DNA from: Albugo candida
Taxonomy: Eukaryota
Length of the DNA stretch: 64,000 bases
Assembly (NCBI GenBank): GCA_040437565.1
Contig: JBDOQK010000023.1
Coordinates: 1 to 64,000 of the forward strand
Reading direction: 5' to 3'
The notes under the pieces were generated by a model. That model was not told the DNA's origin. It searched no databases and saw nothing but the letters and a program-made list of their open reading frames with translations. Within the stretch, counting starts at the first letter, position 1. Each line of letters starts with the position of its first letter. Positions 41,289 to 53,566 of the stretch are shown here, one piece after another. A program made the translations under genes and the position numbers.

Positions 41289-42422
41289 AATTCTCATTAG
41301 GAAGACTCAGGCGCTTGATACCTGCTTCTTGAAATAGCACAAAAAGTGAGAGGTACACTCGGGGGAATTGGCGCTACTACCTACAGATCTACTGCTTAAG
41401 ATTCCTCTCTTGCTTCTTTTACTGTACGCTTCCAATATATCCTGCTTTTTCCATTCTTGTTCTTGTTGGCGACAACTAGTTGATTAGTAAACGAGCCAAT
41501 GTGTCCTATTCAACCGAATCATTCACTTTGACGCCGTATTCGATAGGAGCGCTATCCTACCGCTCGAGTAGCAGCGTCCAATTTCGTGGAGTGTACTCAC
41601 TTCCTGATACACTGCTTGCACCATTCGTACGTCCAAAGGTCGAGTGTATTCGTTAGGATCAATCTGTTGGTGAGTTGCTTTTCCAAAAGCACATATAAAA
41701 TGGCTTACTCAACACATCGAGTCTTCTAGCGTATAAACAAGTAGGAATCATTCCTCATACAGTTTTTAAATGGTCGTGCGATGCAGCGTGAAAACAAGCA
41801 TTTCATAGAGCTTTATTTGGTGGGATGAACTCATGTCGACGGGTAGAAGCTGTTTTTGTCACTCTTGAAGTAGGAATACCTACAACATATTCTCACCAGC
41901 CCTGACACCAGCCCTGTTGATCGTTAAAAGCACAACCAAGTTATCATTCGATAGGTGTCTGCTTGGAACGAAGAAGGACCAGCATAGCATCGTGGTCGGA
42001 TAAACGGTCTGTCATTTTGCACGCTTGCCTGATAGGCTCTCATACGACCGCGAAAAGAGAATTGTCGGATGACTATAAACTCTGCAGCCTTCTTCTACTT
42101 TTTGGATACGATATAAAAAGTAGCTTTATAAATATGACCTGCTGCCTATGAAACGAAGCACTGTGCATTCTCGACGTCGAACACATCGAGGCCAACGTGT
42201 ATTACTCACAGGTGATATACAATTCGCTCACTTTTTGCTGACGACTCGCTGGTGAAAATGACGCAGAAACATTTGGCATCATAAAGTACGGGGTTTTATG
42301 CGCCAACAATATGAATGCGTGGTACGCGTTTACCATTCCGACTCGAGCATACGATGTGAAATTACTGCTTTGCAAGTCAAAAAAGATACATTGATTTATG
42401 TTATTGTAAAGGCATCAACTAC

Positions 42423-44552
42423 TTAGGAGCGTCGATGATATTTAAAATATAGCAAGCAAGTAAAGATAATCTGAAGTCCCAGTGCGTATACAGCCAAAAT
42501 AGCCATATTCTGGCCCACTTGAACGTCTTCCATCCCGTACTGAGCTAAAATCTTCCAGGAAACGTCCGTGTCGACCACTGAAAAGTGGCTGTACATGAAG
42601 GACTCGAACGAGTATGTGTGAAAGGCGGCATAATATCCCCATCGCCAGTATAGAGGTATTGCGTCGCGCGGGACCATGAAGCCCTCACATAGCATAAACA
42701 TTCCAAAGACACCTGCTCCAAGTGCAATACCAATGATATAGTGAGGTACTGCAGCCCCCAAGACGTGCATGAACGATTCTGCCGTGACTAATGATAGGAA
42801 AAGGTTGATAAAAAAAGACTTGAACGTGTGGATCGATGCGAAATGAACGACGATAGTTGATGCCAGCAATGTGATAATGACGATTCCAGGAATCGAAGCT
42901 ACAAAATTAGCAGCGACATAACTTATCAGATTGATGGAATGATTCGTTCGTTCCCGTATAAAGACAGCTCGACCCTCGATGAATGATGGAATAGCAGCAA
43001 TGGACATAAACACCAAAAATGCTTGGACGTAGAAAAGCAATGGCACAATTTGCTCTTCATTGATCCGGCGATTGGAGCTCAAGTACATTGTTCCGACCAT
43101 CAAACAAAGTAATAAATACATCAGCACTCGAATCCATACAACCGCTGGGTTTCGTATCGTATTTATATAATTTCGATAACAGAGTACGCGGAATTGTAAG
43201 TAAGGCGAAGGATGCCAAGCTCGTACGAGATCTGGATCAATTCCGTACGCACCATTTTCACGATCGTGGATAATCGTCGAATGCAAGCGGAGTGCGTCAT
43301 TGCTTGTCCGCCATTTGTCAACAAATGGCTCAATATGTAAATCATCCACAAAATCTTTATTTACCAGTTGTACGAAATATTCGGCAGGATTTGAGTATGT
43401 CGGACATTGATACCCAATTGACGTAAAGTGATTGATAGCGTTGGCACCAGAGCCAAAATAAACCATTTCGCCGGAACTGAGAATCATGAGATTGGTCAAG
43501 AATTCGTAAATGGAGGACGAAGGTTGGTGAATCGTGACTACAACAGTCTTTCCATCCTTGCACAGATTTGACAAATGTTGGACGACGTTAAAAGCTGAGG
43601 AAGAATCCAAGCCCGACGTGGGTTCATCCAGCAAGAGAATTGACGGATTGGAAAGTAATTCCACTGCAATACTGAGACGTTTTCTCTGACCATTGGAAAT
43701 ACCTTTGTGAAAAAGATCACCAACTTGTGTTCCAGAGCAATTTCGAAGTCCCATACTATCGATAACTTCTTGAACGCGTATTTCCCGAGCAAGTTTCGGG
43801 ATATGGGTTGGTAGACTCAATGCGGCCGCAATACGCAGAGTTTCGAGAACCGTAAAGGACCCATAAAAAGACATATTGGGAGATACATAACTGGTCACAA
43901 TCCGGTAAGACTTTTCCTCACGAGCTTGACCGTTGACTTCAATGACACCTTCGATGTTGCCAGTGCTCGGATCAATTCGATTCGCTAAGAGATCCAAAAG
44001 TGTTGTTTTTCCTGCACCAGACGGACCAATAATGGCTGTTAATTCTCCCGGTGCTGAACGACCTGTGATGCCCCGGAGGATGCAACGAGACGATTTCTCT
44101 GTAAGCGCTTTCATTGGCAACTCCATCGAAGGTGTCTTCTTACTCTTTCTAAAGCATAATTTATTAGCTCCACGGATGGTATACGAGAGATTCTGCCACG
44201 CCAATGTGCAGTAATTAATATTTCTGAGTTGCTTACTAATATCCAAAAGTCCTAACGACAGTGAGTTACCGTGTCCATTATCGGGAACCGAAGCGATTGT
44301 GGATATAATGATATCTTCAGTGTGTTGTGAGGACTCGTGGACATTTCGATAATGTGTAATGGAGGAATTGAGACTCTGATGATCGCTGACTACAGACGAC
44401 TCGGGGTACTGGGACCCATGGAATATAGAGCTCGGTTTGCCTCGATTGCTACTGGAGTGTGTTTCAGACTTTGGCGAGTTCTTTCCATGTTGTATGCTGT
44501 GGTACCTTGCTGGGCTTTGCATGATGCACTCAATTGGTGACTTTCCTTGCAT
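42423..44552 (-). CDS. ABCG (White-type) half ABC transporter, 709 aa
   Basis: Walker A GPSGAGKTT, signature ISNGQRKR, Walker B LLLDEPTSGLD, TIHQP, NPAEY, then ~6 TM helices (NBD-TMD order). Confidence 0.96.
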   Translation of the reverse strand: MQGKSPIECIMQSPARYHSIQHGKNSPKSETHSSSNRGKPSSIFHGSQYPESSVVSDHQSLNSSITHYRNVHESSQHTEDIIISTIASVPDNGHGNSLSLGLLDISKQLRNINYCTLAWQNLSYTIRGANKLCFRKSKKTPSMELPMKALTEKSSRCILRGITGRSAPGELTAIIGPSGAGKTTLLDLLANRIDPSTGNIEGVIEVNGQAREEKSYRIVTSYVSPNMSFYGSFTVLETLRIAAALSLPTHIPKLAREIRVQEVIDSMGLRNCSGTQVGDLFHKGISNGQRKRLSIAVELLSNPSILLLDEPTSGLDSSSAFNVVQHLSNLCKDGKTVVVTIHQPSSSIYEFLTNLMILSSGEMVYFGSGANAINHFTSIGYQCPTYSNPAEYFVQLVNKDFVDDLHIEPFVDKWRTSNDALRLHSTIIHDRENGAYGIDPDLVRAWHPSPYLQFRVLCYRNYINTIRNPAVVWIRVLMYLLLCLMVGTMYLSSNRRINEEQIVPLLFYVQAFLVFMSIAAIPSFIEGRAVFIRERTNHSINLISYVAANFVASIPGIVIITLLASTIVVHFASIHTFKSFFINLFLSLVTAESFMHVLGAAVPHYIIGIALGAGVFGMFMLCEGFMVPRDAIPLYWRWGYYAAFHTYSFESFMYSHFSVVDTDVSWKILAQYGMEDVQVGQNMAILAVYALGLQIIFTCLLYFKYHRRS

Positions 44553-45216
44553 TCAAGTGGAAGGCACAAGAGTCGAGTCACAGCCGTTGGCAATGAAAAA
44601 GAGTTCTGAATAGCTTGGAAATCGCAGAGTGACTGTTGTAAAAGCGGAGTTTGAGCGAGAAGTATCCTTTTACATTTGAGGAAAACGACGACATATTCTG
44701 AATGTAAAAAAAGAACTTTTCTCTTCCAGCTGTTCTGAGACTATAATTCTCGCGTTCAAAGCATTCGATCGATTCTTTAGATTATATTATACAATCTATA
44801 TATACTCGAATTAGCTGATATTTGATTATACACGAGTATCGGATACTGCGGGGTATGTAGAATGCAGGGAGATAAGAATCTTATCGACNNNNNNNNNNNN
44901 NNNNNNNNNNNNNNNNNNNNNNNNNNNNNNNNNNNNNNNNNNNNNNNNNNNNNNNNNNNNNNNNNNNNNNNNNNNNNNNNNNNNNNNNTGTAGAATGCAG
45001 GGAGATAAGAATCTTATCGACAGTCTTTTCAAACCCTTATCATAGTCACATGTGTTGCATAAGCCACTCTGACGTCACTGCCTCAATTTTGATACCCACC
45101 ATGCACTTTCCGTTCTGAAAATTTGATACAAGCTACAATACAAGACTTGCGAACAGATGGTACGTCTTTCATAATTCCTTATGTTTTATTCTGCCAGAGA
45201 GAGTACGATCGTCTTC

Positions 45217-47637
45217 TCACTTTTTGCAGCTGTATCGATCGAATGGCGGCTGTGCAAAAGACCGTAGCGGTGATATAAAACACGAGGAATCAGAATTGCT
45301 ATGTAAAATAACTCGATATTCTTCGACAGCGCACTTGACGTACGAAAAGGGTATGTGAACGAGCCAATCTGATTCCATACTGTCCGTTTCACAACAGACA
45401 CTCTCTACCAAACAAACGGAATTTTTTTTTTCGGTGATGGGCTGGAGAGACAGTTGCATTGAATCATCTGTCGTTCCACATTGTGTCTGCTCTTCCGCCG
45501 GGTAATGCTGTGTTCTATCTGAACGAGTGATGTGCACGACTGATCGATTCGACTTTAATGAATAGATTAATCTCAATTTTCGATCGTAGTACTCGATGAC
45601 GTTGATGAGACGTTTTTCGAATATTTTCCATCGCTGTTCCTGAGGCTTGCTTGAATAAGGAGTTGTATTCTCGGGGATTTCACAATGTAGGAGCAGAAGT
45701 TGGTCCGATGTAAGCGATAGTGCGCTACGATTTCCCGGGTAGACCACGTAGAGAAGTACATGTTGATAATAGCAGCGAACTTCTTGACTCCAATGGAAAA
45801 AGAACCGCGCGAAATTAGCTTCCAGTAGCTGCAGTATTCGTATTTGTACCTCCTCTGATAGTTTGAGCAAGTGATTCAATAGAAACAAATGTGTGTCACG
45901 AAGTATTTCATAATGCTCCGATTCAAATAATCGCTGGAAAATCTGGTACAAAAGTAGAATTTCTTTCCAGTGCTCGGGAAGCGCTAATGTGCGGAAAAAA
46001 TCTGAAGAGTAGCAAATCAACTCATCCATAAACTGAAGGCACGCGCGCACGTGAAAAGGGAAAAAGCCATTCGTTTGTTTGAGAACATTGGTGAGGACAA
46101 TATAAATCATTGGAGAATGATCGCTCACTATACGACACAAAATGGAGAGGAAGTTCTGTGTTTGAGGCTGGGTACTGCTCAGATCAATTGAGGTCGAGTT
46201 GATAACTCCCGAATGCGATTCATTCTCATTTGTCTCATCAGGTTGGAGATGCATCAACTTGTCACGATACATTTCCTTGGTGATATCGCAGGTATGCTGC
46301 ACAATAGCATTAAAGCTTGGGGTTTGTGAATCGACAAGATGTGGAAACATGAGCTTCCATTTTGTAAAGTGCTGTATGCACGCAAGCAGCATACGAGCCT
46401 TTTGTTCTTTGTCAAGTACCTGTAGCACAATACCTGCATCCATGCATCTTTTTTGAACCGTATGCAATAAAGTACATTTATGGCTGTCCACGTGTTGCTC
46501 CCAATCAAGCTGCAGCTCTTGCGCAAAGGCCGATCGATTCTCTGGGAAAAGTGTGTCCAGAATCTCGGCTCGGGACACTGAAATACGCCAATACGTGGCT
46601 GCCAATAGCAATACAACCAGCTCCTGTTTCAGTTTAGCGTAAAGCAGACTCCCAGGTCTTTCAAGTTGGCTCCCTCGACTATTTCCTGACTGCAATAAGA
46701 CAAGTGTGTCAAAGTGCAAGCCCACGTATCGCTCAATCAAGCTACATTCACAAATGATCGGTTCTTTCGGTCGCATTGGAGGCTGCTTTTGTGTGGTCCT
46801 GGCCCTCTGTCCAGTCAATGTATGCTGCCCTCTTGGTGTTCTTCGCGACGTGGATCGTCGACTGACCGATATTGACCGAGTTTGATTGTTGACAGCACTA
46901 CAGACACGCACGTTCATTTGTTTTTTTTGAAAAAAATTCGCAATATTTGCTCTTTTCTCCCTTACTCGTCCAGTTTTACTAATGTCATATTCAGGTTTTT
47001 CAGATTTAAAACTGGGATACAGATTTTGGCGCGCGTATGCTGCTGAGTTTTCGCTCAGTATGCTTGAAAGAAGGTAATCCCAATGAGGAAGTAGTACGAG
47101 CACTTGGATCAATTTCCAGACCGCGTAGATCCACTGGGCCGTATTCGCGACATAAACTCGTCGGTTGTACTGATCTCTATTTCTTCTATGCCAAAATCTA
47201 TTCGGTGCACGTGTTTCTGAACACAAATCTTGCCGTTTTTCTCGGTTCTCTTCTTGCTTCAGTAAAGCCTCGTGATAGAGCTTTTCCCAAAATTGACAAA
47301 GCAATGTGACGTACTGCACGAAAGACACCCTCATAGTACGATTTCTTTCGCGTCTTGTAGTACGCTCCAGGTACCCTCTATTTTTTAAGCACTGGAATTC
47401 TACTGACTCGGCCGTCAAAATTGTTGCTACCAGCAAGATTTCATCGGCAGAATAAATCGTCAAATTATAAGAATAGGATCGTTGCAGGAATCGAAATAAA
47501 TGTTTGGAGACTCTAATTTTTCGCAATGCTACTGCACGATCTCTGCGCAATTGTGATGTCGTATTGCATTTGTCTCGTTGTCTTTTCGCTTTAACCGATT
47601 GCAAGAGACTTTCCCACGCATTGGCGATAAGTCTCAT
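45217..47637 (-). CDS. 806-aa helical protein with a probable DUF1765-like C-terminal region
   Basis: Uninterrupted 2.4-kb ORF. FARFFFHWSQEVRCYYQHVLLY resembles the HWxxxVRxY motif recalled for DUF1765; the domain call is tentative. Confidence 0.75.
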   Translation of the reverse strand: MRLIANAWESLLQSVKAKRQRDKCNTTSQLRRDRAVALRKIRVSKHLFRFLQRSYSYNLTIYSADEILLVATILTAESVEFQCLKNRGYLERTTRRERNRTMRVSFVQYVTLLCQFWEKLYHEALLKQEENREKRQDLCSETRAPNRFWHRRNRDQYNRRVYVANTAQWIYAVWKLIQVLVLLPHWDYLLSSILSENSAAYARQNLYPSFKSEKPEYDISKTGRVREKRANIANFFQKKQMNVRVCSAVNNQTRSISVSRRSTSRRTPRGQHTLTGQRARTTQKQPPMRPKEPIICECSLIERYVGLHFDTLVLLQSGNSRGSQLERPGSLLYAKLKQELVVLLLAATYWRISVSRAEILDTLFPENRSAFAQELQLDWEQHVDSHKCTLLHTVQKRCMDAGIVLQVLDKEQKARMLLACIQHFTKWKLMFPHLVDSQTPSFNAIVQHTCDITKEMYRDKLMHLQPDETNENESHSGVINSTSIDLSSTQPQTQNFLSILCRIVSDHSPMIYIVLTNVLKQTNGFFPFHVRACLQFMDELICYSSDFFRTLALPEHWKEILLLYQIFQRLFESEHYEILRDTHLFLLNHLLKLSEEVQIRILQLLEANFARFFFHWSQEVRCYYQHVLLYVVYPGNRSALSLTSDQLLLLHCEIPENTTPYSSKPQEQRWKIFEKRLINVIEYYDRKLRLIYSLKSNRSVVHITRSDRTQHYPAEEQTQCGTTDDSMQLSLQPITEKKNSVCLVESVCCETDSMESDWLVHIPFSYVKCAVEEYRVILHSNSDSSCFISPLRSFAQPPFDRYSCKK

Positions 47638-48229
47638 TACGTAGTCACACTATAAAACTGATAGTGGTGCGATCTTGCCGCTAGATATGTCGATGGAGAC
47701 GAGACCGCCATGAAAAATTTGCGACATAATGCGTTTGCAGAAATAGTTTTCGGTCTTACAAATTGCAATTGAATTTCTGTGACCTTTCAAGATCGGGCCA
47801 CGTCGACAGCGTCATCATGAGTGTGATTGGTACAAAATGAGAGCGTTTGCAGAAATGAAGAGCTCCAATCAAATGCATGTCGCACGCATAGAATGTCAAC
47901 TCGCTACACGTGACAATGTGTCTCATGCACTTTGCTGATTCGTATCCATAATTCTTGCACGAAATCTGATCATCGTATTCTCTCCTCTGTAGCCTTTCCT
48001 ATTAAAAGCAGACGATGTGGTTGGCTATAACAACATCTTCGTACCGTACTCTTCAAAACCTAGACCCATTTGAAACCCATCCGAATGTCCGGAACGTGAT
48101 CTGATCTAGAGATATTTCCATACTCTTTTGCCAGCATCTCTTGGCGCAATCACTATTTTCAAGCCTCTATATATCACTTTATCCTCTGATCTACCTGTCT
48201 CTTTATTTTTCATCTTCCCTCTCTAACTA

Positions 48230-51116
48230 ATGGCATCACAAACACGTCCTGAAAATGTCGGAATTCTCGCCATGGAAATCTACTTTCCGAATACCTACGT
48301 CACTCAATCGGAATTGGAGGACTTTGACCGCGTCCCCAAAGGTAAATACACCAACGGACTCGGTCAGCAGAGTATCGCGTTCACCGGCGACCGCGAAGAC
48401 GTGAATTCCATTGCGCTAACTTGCGTGCAAAGTCTCCTTACAAAGTATGCAATCAATGTCAAAGAAGTGGGAAGACTGGAAGTAGGCACAGAAACGCTTG
48501 TCGATAAGAGCAAATCCACAAAAACGGTTTTAATGCGTCTGTTTGCTTCCGAGGAGACAGCTGAAATGGAAGGAGTTAGCACACTGAATGCTTGTTATGG
48601 TGGAACTGCTGCCTTCTTTAACGCTGTGGATTGGATTGAGAGTTCGGCATGGGATGGGCGATTCGCATTAGTTGTGATGCCGGAAATCGCGGTGTACGAT
48701 AAAGGCGCCGCACGTCCGACAAGTGGCTGTGGAGCGATTGCGATATTACTTGGACCAAATGCTCCAATTGTCCTCGATAGTACAACACGAACGACTTTTA
48801 GTGGCGATATTTACGACTTTTATAAGCCAGATCCAAGCACGGAGTATCCCGTAGTGAATGGATCGACTTCACAGACGGCGTATTTACGAGCATTGGATTT
48901 GTGCTATCAGCGATTCGCTTCCAAGCAATCGGAATCTTGCGTCATTTCTGATTTCAGAAATGTTGTATTCCACTCGCCTTACAACAAATTAGTGCAAAAG
49001 GCATTTGCGAGAGTATGCTCTTCCCCTCTAATCGATCCAATCGAACTAATTTTCTCTGTAGCTTTGTTATTTGGACTATCGACGACAAGCACACATACAA
49101 ATGGATCATCCACTCGCTCGCTGGAAAGAATCGCCTTTGAATACAACGTACGAGGATCGCGAGTTGGATTTGAATGCCCGACAAGTAGCACAGGAATGGT
49201 ATGCGCATATGGTGGCACCGAGCTGCACAACGTCTCAACGGATTGGGAATACGTACACTGCTTCTTTGTATATCAATTTGGCCACTTTGGTCGCTTCGTC
49301 CTGGCAATCCTGGAATGAGAATTCTTCCGACAAGACGATTCTCATGTATTCGTACGGCTCTGGCTTTGTCGCATCCATGTTTCAGCTACAAATTGCTTCG
49401 GATCGTAATGGAAATCGCTTCAGTTTGGAACGTATAGCGATCTCTTTGGATTTGGAAGCACGACTACAATCTCGAGTACAGAAAACCCCAATTGAGTTTC
49501 AGCGTTATTTGGAGCTTCGCATTCGAAGCTTTGGGCAAAAGGAGTGTTCACCGATACAGCCAATCGACGACTTACGTGACGGAACCTTTTATCTCAATTG
49601 TATCGATACTTCTCACCAGAGAATGTACGCTCAGAAAGGAGAAGCGATTGTGTCTCCGCCTGCAAAACAGCATCAGCCTTCAAGCACAAGTCGCAGTCAC
49701 AAATTTGCATTGCAATCTCCAGTTTTTGTGACAGGAATAGGCATCCAACTTCCGGGCTCCAGTGACATTTCGAGTCCCAAGGAAGCCTTTCAGGCTCTTT
49801 TACGAGGCACCAATCGTATCGAACGCTTGCGTGAGAGTGCAATCGATACAATGCTCGATAAGAATATCAGTGTTTTGAAAAAGACCTCGACAGGACGCAA
49901 GATGGAGCCCGTTACCCAACGCCATGAAAGCATTCAGGTAGCAGCTCGTATCAGCACTTCACCAGGAGTCGATCTCGCAGGAACGTACGGACTGGATCCC
50001 GTGATTGTGGAGACGATGGATTTGGCTACGACGATCGCAATTGCTGCAGGATTGGATGCTTTACACGCGGCCATGCTCGTCGCCGGACATGAAAGTAACG
50101 ATGCTCATCGCTGGAAGCTCGATGATTCTATCCGCGACTCTGTTGGTGTCGTGTATGCGTGCTCGTATCCGACGATGCAGGCTACAATCGAACAAGTGAC
50201 TCGATATCACGCGTCCAAGGAAACGTATCGATATGATCGCAAGTTTCTCTTCCGTGTGCTCGTTCTCGCCAACGCACAATTAGCTCAAATCATCGGTGCA
50301 CGTGGTCCCAATACGCAAATCAATGCCGCGTGTGCAGGCACGACAATGGCGATATCACTGGCGCAAGATTGGCTACGTTTAGGCTATTGCACTCGAGTTC
50401 TTGTGATCTCTAGTGACGTCGCAAGCAGTGATGCAATGCTGCCTTGGATCGGGACGGGATTTCGGGCTATCGGCGCAGCCTCCACGGCCTCAACTGTGGA
50501 AGAAGCAGCTCTTCCATTCGATGCGCGAAGAAATGGCATGGTGTTGGGTGCAGGTGCAGTTGGACTTGTCTTGGAGATAAAACCACTTCCTCAGACGCTA
50601 TCCACTCGTTCGGTGCGTCTTGTAGCGTCTCAAGTAAGCAATTCCGCATTTCATGGAGCTTCCTTGGACACCGATCACATCACAAAAGAACTGACGCGAT
50701 TCTTACATGATGCGGAGAGAGAATTCGGTATCACTCGACAGGAATTCGCCAAGAACGGTGTGTATTACAGCCACGAGACATTCACGAACGCTTCATCGAC
50801 GACATCGTGTGCGTACATTGAGATCAACGCATTGGAAAACGCTCTTGGGGATCCAAAGCTTTTGGAAGAATTGATGATAACCAATACGAAAGGCTTTTTA
50901 GGGCACGCGATGAGCGTTTCCTTCGAAGACATTGCAGCTGTACAAGGGCTCAAAGAGCAGATCGTCTGTCCTGTAGTCAACTTTCAGCTTCGTGATGCCA
51001 ACATCAGCTCCGTGCCATTGAAGCTGTCCAAAGGAGGACACTACAACCATCGATACGCCTTACGCTTTGCCGCCGGTTTTGGCTCTCAGATCGCCTTCAC
51101 GTTGTACGCAGCGTAA
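48230..51116 (+). CDS. HMGCS: HMG-CoA synthase fused to a C-terminal beta-ketoacyl synthase (KS) domain, 945 aa; exons 48230-49012 and 49062-51116
   Basis: HMGS motifs GKYTNGLGQ, RLEVGTET, NACYGGT, FHSPY, GNTYTASLY, SYGSG. A 49-nt intron (gtatgc..ctaat..tgtag) restores ARLCYLDY. The open frame continues into VFVTGIG, NAACA, PFDARRNGMVLG, SHETFT, TKGFLGH and AAGFG. Confidence 0.92.
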
Positions 51117-51211
51117 GGCGTAAAGCGTGACGTCTCAATGTCAGGTAGCGAGATGGAAGGGAATCAAAATGGTCGAATGAAAATTCAATTGTGTAAATGC
51201 TTTGGATATTG

Positions 51212-53566
51212 CTACGCGCCACACACGAGACACTCTTCTTCTTCCTCTTCTTTGGCATCTTCAGTTTGCTTCAGCTTGGCGAGTGCCGAGTCGTCGAGGC
51301 TTTTCTGATCGACTGTGAATTGGATTGCATCTGCTCTTGGACGTGTTCGGAGATAGTACATTCCTGTCTTGAGACCTTTTTTCCATGCGTAGAAATGCAT
51401 CGAAGTGAGTTTACTGACAGTCGGGTCGGCAATGTGAATATTTAGTGATTGACTCTGACAAATGTACGCTCCTCGATCGGCAGCCATGTCCAAAATCGCC
51501 TTTTGCTTGATTTCCCAAACTGTTTTGTACTTTTCTTTCACATGAGAAGGAATTTCAGCGATATTTTGTACGGAACCGCGATCGCGAAGGATTTGATTCC
51601 GAACGTCTGATGTCCACAAATTCATCTCAATAAGCTCTTCCATGAGATATTTGTTGACAATTGTAAATTCTCCAGCGAGGACGCGTCGATTGAACATGTT
51701 GGAAGTGAACGGCTCGATAGACTCGCAATTGCCGAGAATTTGAGCCGTTGAGGCGGTTGGCATCGGAGCGAGCAGCAAAGAGTTTCGGATTCCGTGAGTA
51801 GCTACTTGCTCTTTCAACTGCTTCCAATCCCATCGACCGGAATCGGGAATGACCTGCCACATATCAAATTGAAAGATACCTCGACTAACTGGTGATCCAG
51901 CATAGCTCTCGTACGGTCCGAGTTCCCGTGCCAATTCCATGGAAGCTTCCATCGCCGCGAAATACATCGTTTCAAAAATTTCTTTGTTGAGCTCGCGAGC
52001 AGCTTTGCTTTCAAATGGAAGACTCATCAGTAAAAACGTATCGGCAAGACCTTGAACGCCGATTCCAATCGGTCGATGTCGCTGATTGCTCACTTGTGCT
52101 TCAGGAATCGGATAATAATTGAGATCAATGATTTTGTTGAGATTTTTCGTAACGATTTTTGTGATTTCGTATAATTTTGCAAACTGAAATTCTTTCTGAT
52201 ACACAAATTTTGACAATGCGATGGAAGCCAAATTGCATACTGCCACTTCTTTGGAGTCTGAGTACTCGATGATTTCACAGCAGAGATTGCTTGATCGAAT
52301 GGTTCCAAGATTCTGCTGATTGGATTTACGATTACAAGCGTCTTTGTAAAGCATATACGGCGTTCCGGTCTCAATCTGACTATCCAAAATGGCAAACCAC
52401 AATTGCTGGGCTTTGACAGTCTTTCGGGCAATGTTTTGAGACTCGTACTTTTCATATAACGCATCAAATTCGCTTCCCCATGTCTCATAAAGTCGTGGAG
52501 CCTCGTTCGGACAGAATAAACTCCATTCTTGGTTGTCTTCCACACGTTTCATAAACAGATCGGGGATCCAAAGAGCATAAAACAAATCTCGAGCTCGATG
52601 GAGTTCATTTCCATGATTCTTACGTAGTTCCAGAAACTCAAAGATATCCGCATGCCAGGGCTCTAGATAAATTGCAAAAGACCCTTTCCGCTTCCCACCA
52701 CCTTGATCAACGTATCGAGCTGTGTCATTGAACACCCGAAGCATTGGAACAATTCCATTCGAACTTCCATTCGTCCCGCGAATATAACTGTTGGTGGAGC
52801 GAATATTGGAAATACTGACGCCAATACCGCCAGCCCACTTTGAAATACACGCACATTGTTTCAGCGTGTCGTAAATGCCGTCGATAGAATCATCTTGCAT
52901 GGATAATAGAAAACACGACGATAATTGAGGTCGAGGCGTTCCCGCATTGAAAAGCGTCGGAGTTGCATGCGTAAAGAACTTTTGTGACATGTGTTCATAC
53001 GTTTCCAAAACGGCATCCAAATTCTCTTTGTGTATGCCGACAGCCACTCGCATTATCATATGTTGTGGGCGTTCACACACTTTTCCATTCACACGCAACA
53101 GATACGATTTCTCCAGAGTTTTAAAGCCAAAATAGTCGTAATCAAAGTCTCTATCACCGATAATGGCGGAATTGAGAGCTTCTTTGTTCTCCATAACAAT
53201 TCGATGCACATCGTTGGCGATTAATGGAGCGGGTACTTTGGTGGTTTCGTGCTTATTTTCGTAAAATAATTGAATGTTTTCACTGAAGACTTTGTTTGTA
53301 TTTTTATGTAAATTGGAAATAGCAATTCGAGCAGCCAATTTGGAGAAATCGGGATGTTGTGTGCTGCAGTAAGCTGCGGTTTCTGCTGCCAATTCGTCCA
53401 ATTCCGATGTGGTGACGCCCGGATACACGCCAGCAATCACTTTCTGAGATATTTGGACGGGATCAACGTATTCTGTGTTTAAGTTGTAGCAGAGTTTTGT
53501 GATTCGCGCAGTGATTTTGTCGAATTTGACGACTTCTTTTCGTCCGTCACGTTTGATGACATACAT
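51212..53566 (-). CDS. RNR1: Ribonucleoside-diphosphate reductase large subunit (class Ia), 784 aa
   Basis: ATP cone MYVIKRDG (ATG at 53566), [42 protein letters not shown] and C-terminal CLVC. Confidence 0.98.
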   Translation of the reverse strand: MYVIKRDGRKEVVKFDKITARITKLCYNLNTEYVDPVQISQKVIAGVYPGVTTSELDELAAETAAYCSTQHPDFSKLAARIAISNLHKNTNKVFSENIQLFYENKHETTKVPAPLIANDVHRIVMENKEALNSAIIGDRDFDYDYFGFKTLEKSYLLRVNGKVCERPQHMIMRVAVGIHKENLDAVLETYEHMSQKFFTHATPTLFNAGTPRPQLSSCFLLSMQDDSIDGIYDTLKQCACISKWAGGIGVSISNIRSTNSYIRGTNGSSNGIVPMLRVFNDTARYVDQGGGKRKGSFAIYLEPWHADIFEFLELRKNHGNELHRARDLFYALWIPDLFMKRVEDNQEWSLFCPNEAPRLYETWGSEFDALYEKYESQNIARKTVKAQQLWFAILDSQIETGTPYMLYKDACNRKSNQQNLGTIRSSNLCCEIIEYSDSKEVAVCNLASIALSKFVYQKEFQFAKLYEITKIVTKNLNKIIDLNYYPIPEAQVSNQRHRPIGIGVQGLADTFLLMSLPFESKAARELNKEIFETMYFAAMEASMELARELGPYESYAGSPVSRGIFQFDMWQVIPDSGRWDWKQLKEQVATHGIRNSLLLAPMPTASTAQILGNCESIEPFTSNMFNRRVLAGEFTIVNKYLMEELIEMNLWTSDVRNQILRDRGSVQNIAEIPSHVKEKYKTVWEIKQKAILDMAADRGAYICQSQSLNIHIADPTVSKLTSMHFYAWKKGLKTGMYYLRTRPRADAIQFTVDQKSLDDSALAKLKQTEDAKEEEEEECLVCGA

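Noticed and set aside
48230-49318. Stand-alone 362-aa HMG-CoA synthase with a programmed frameshift to the next ORF
   Set aside because: A canonical GT-AG intron at 49013-49061 with a ctaat branch site joins the frames.
51627-53436. Numerous small ORFs overlapping RNR1 (likewise inside ABCG, HMGS-KS and FYVE genes)
   Set aside because: Shadow or alternate-frame ORFs of real genes with no independent motifs.
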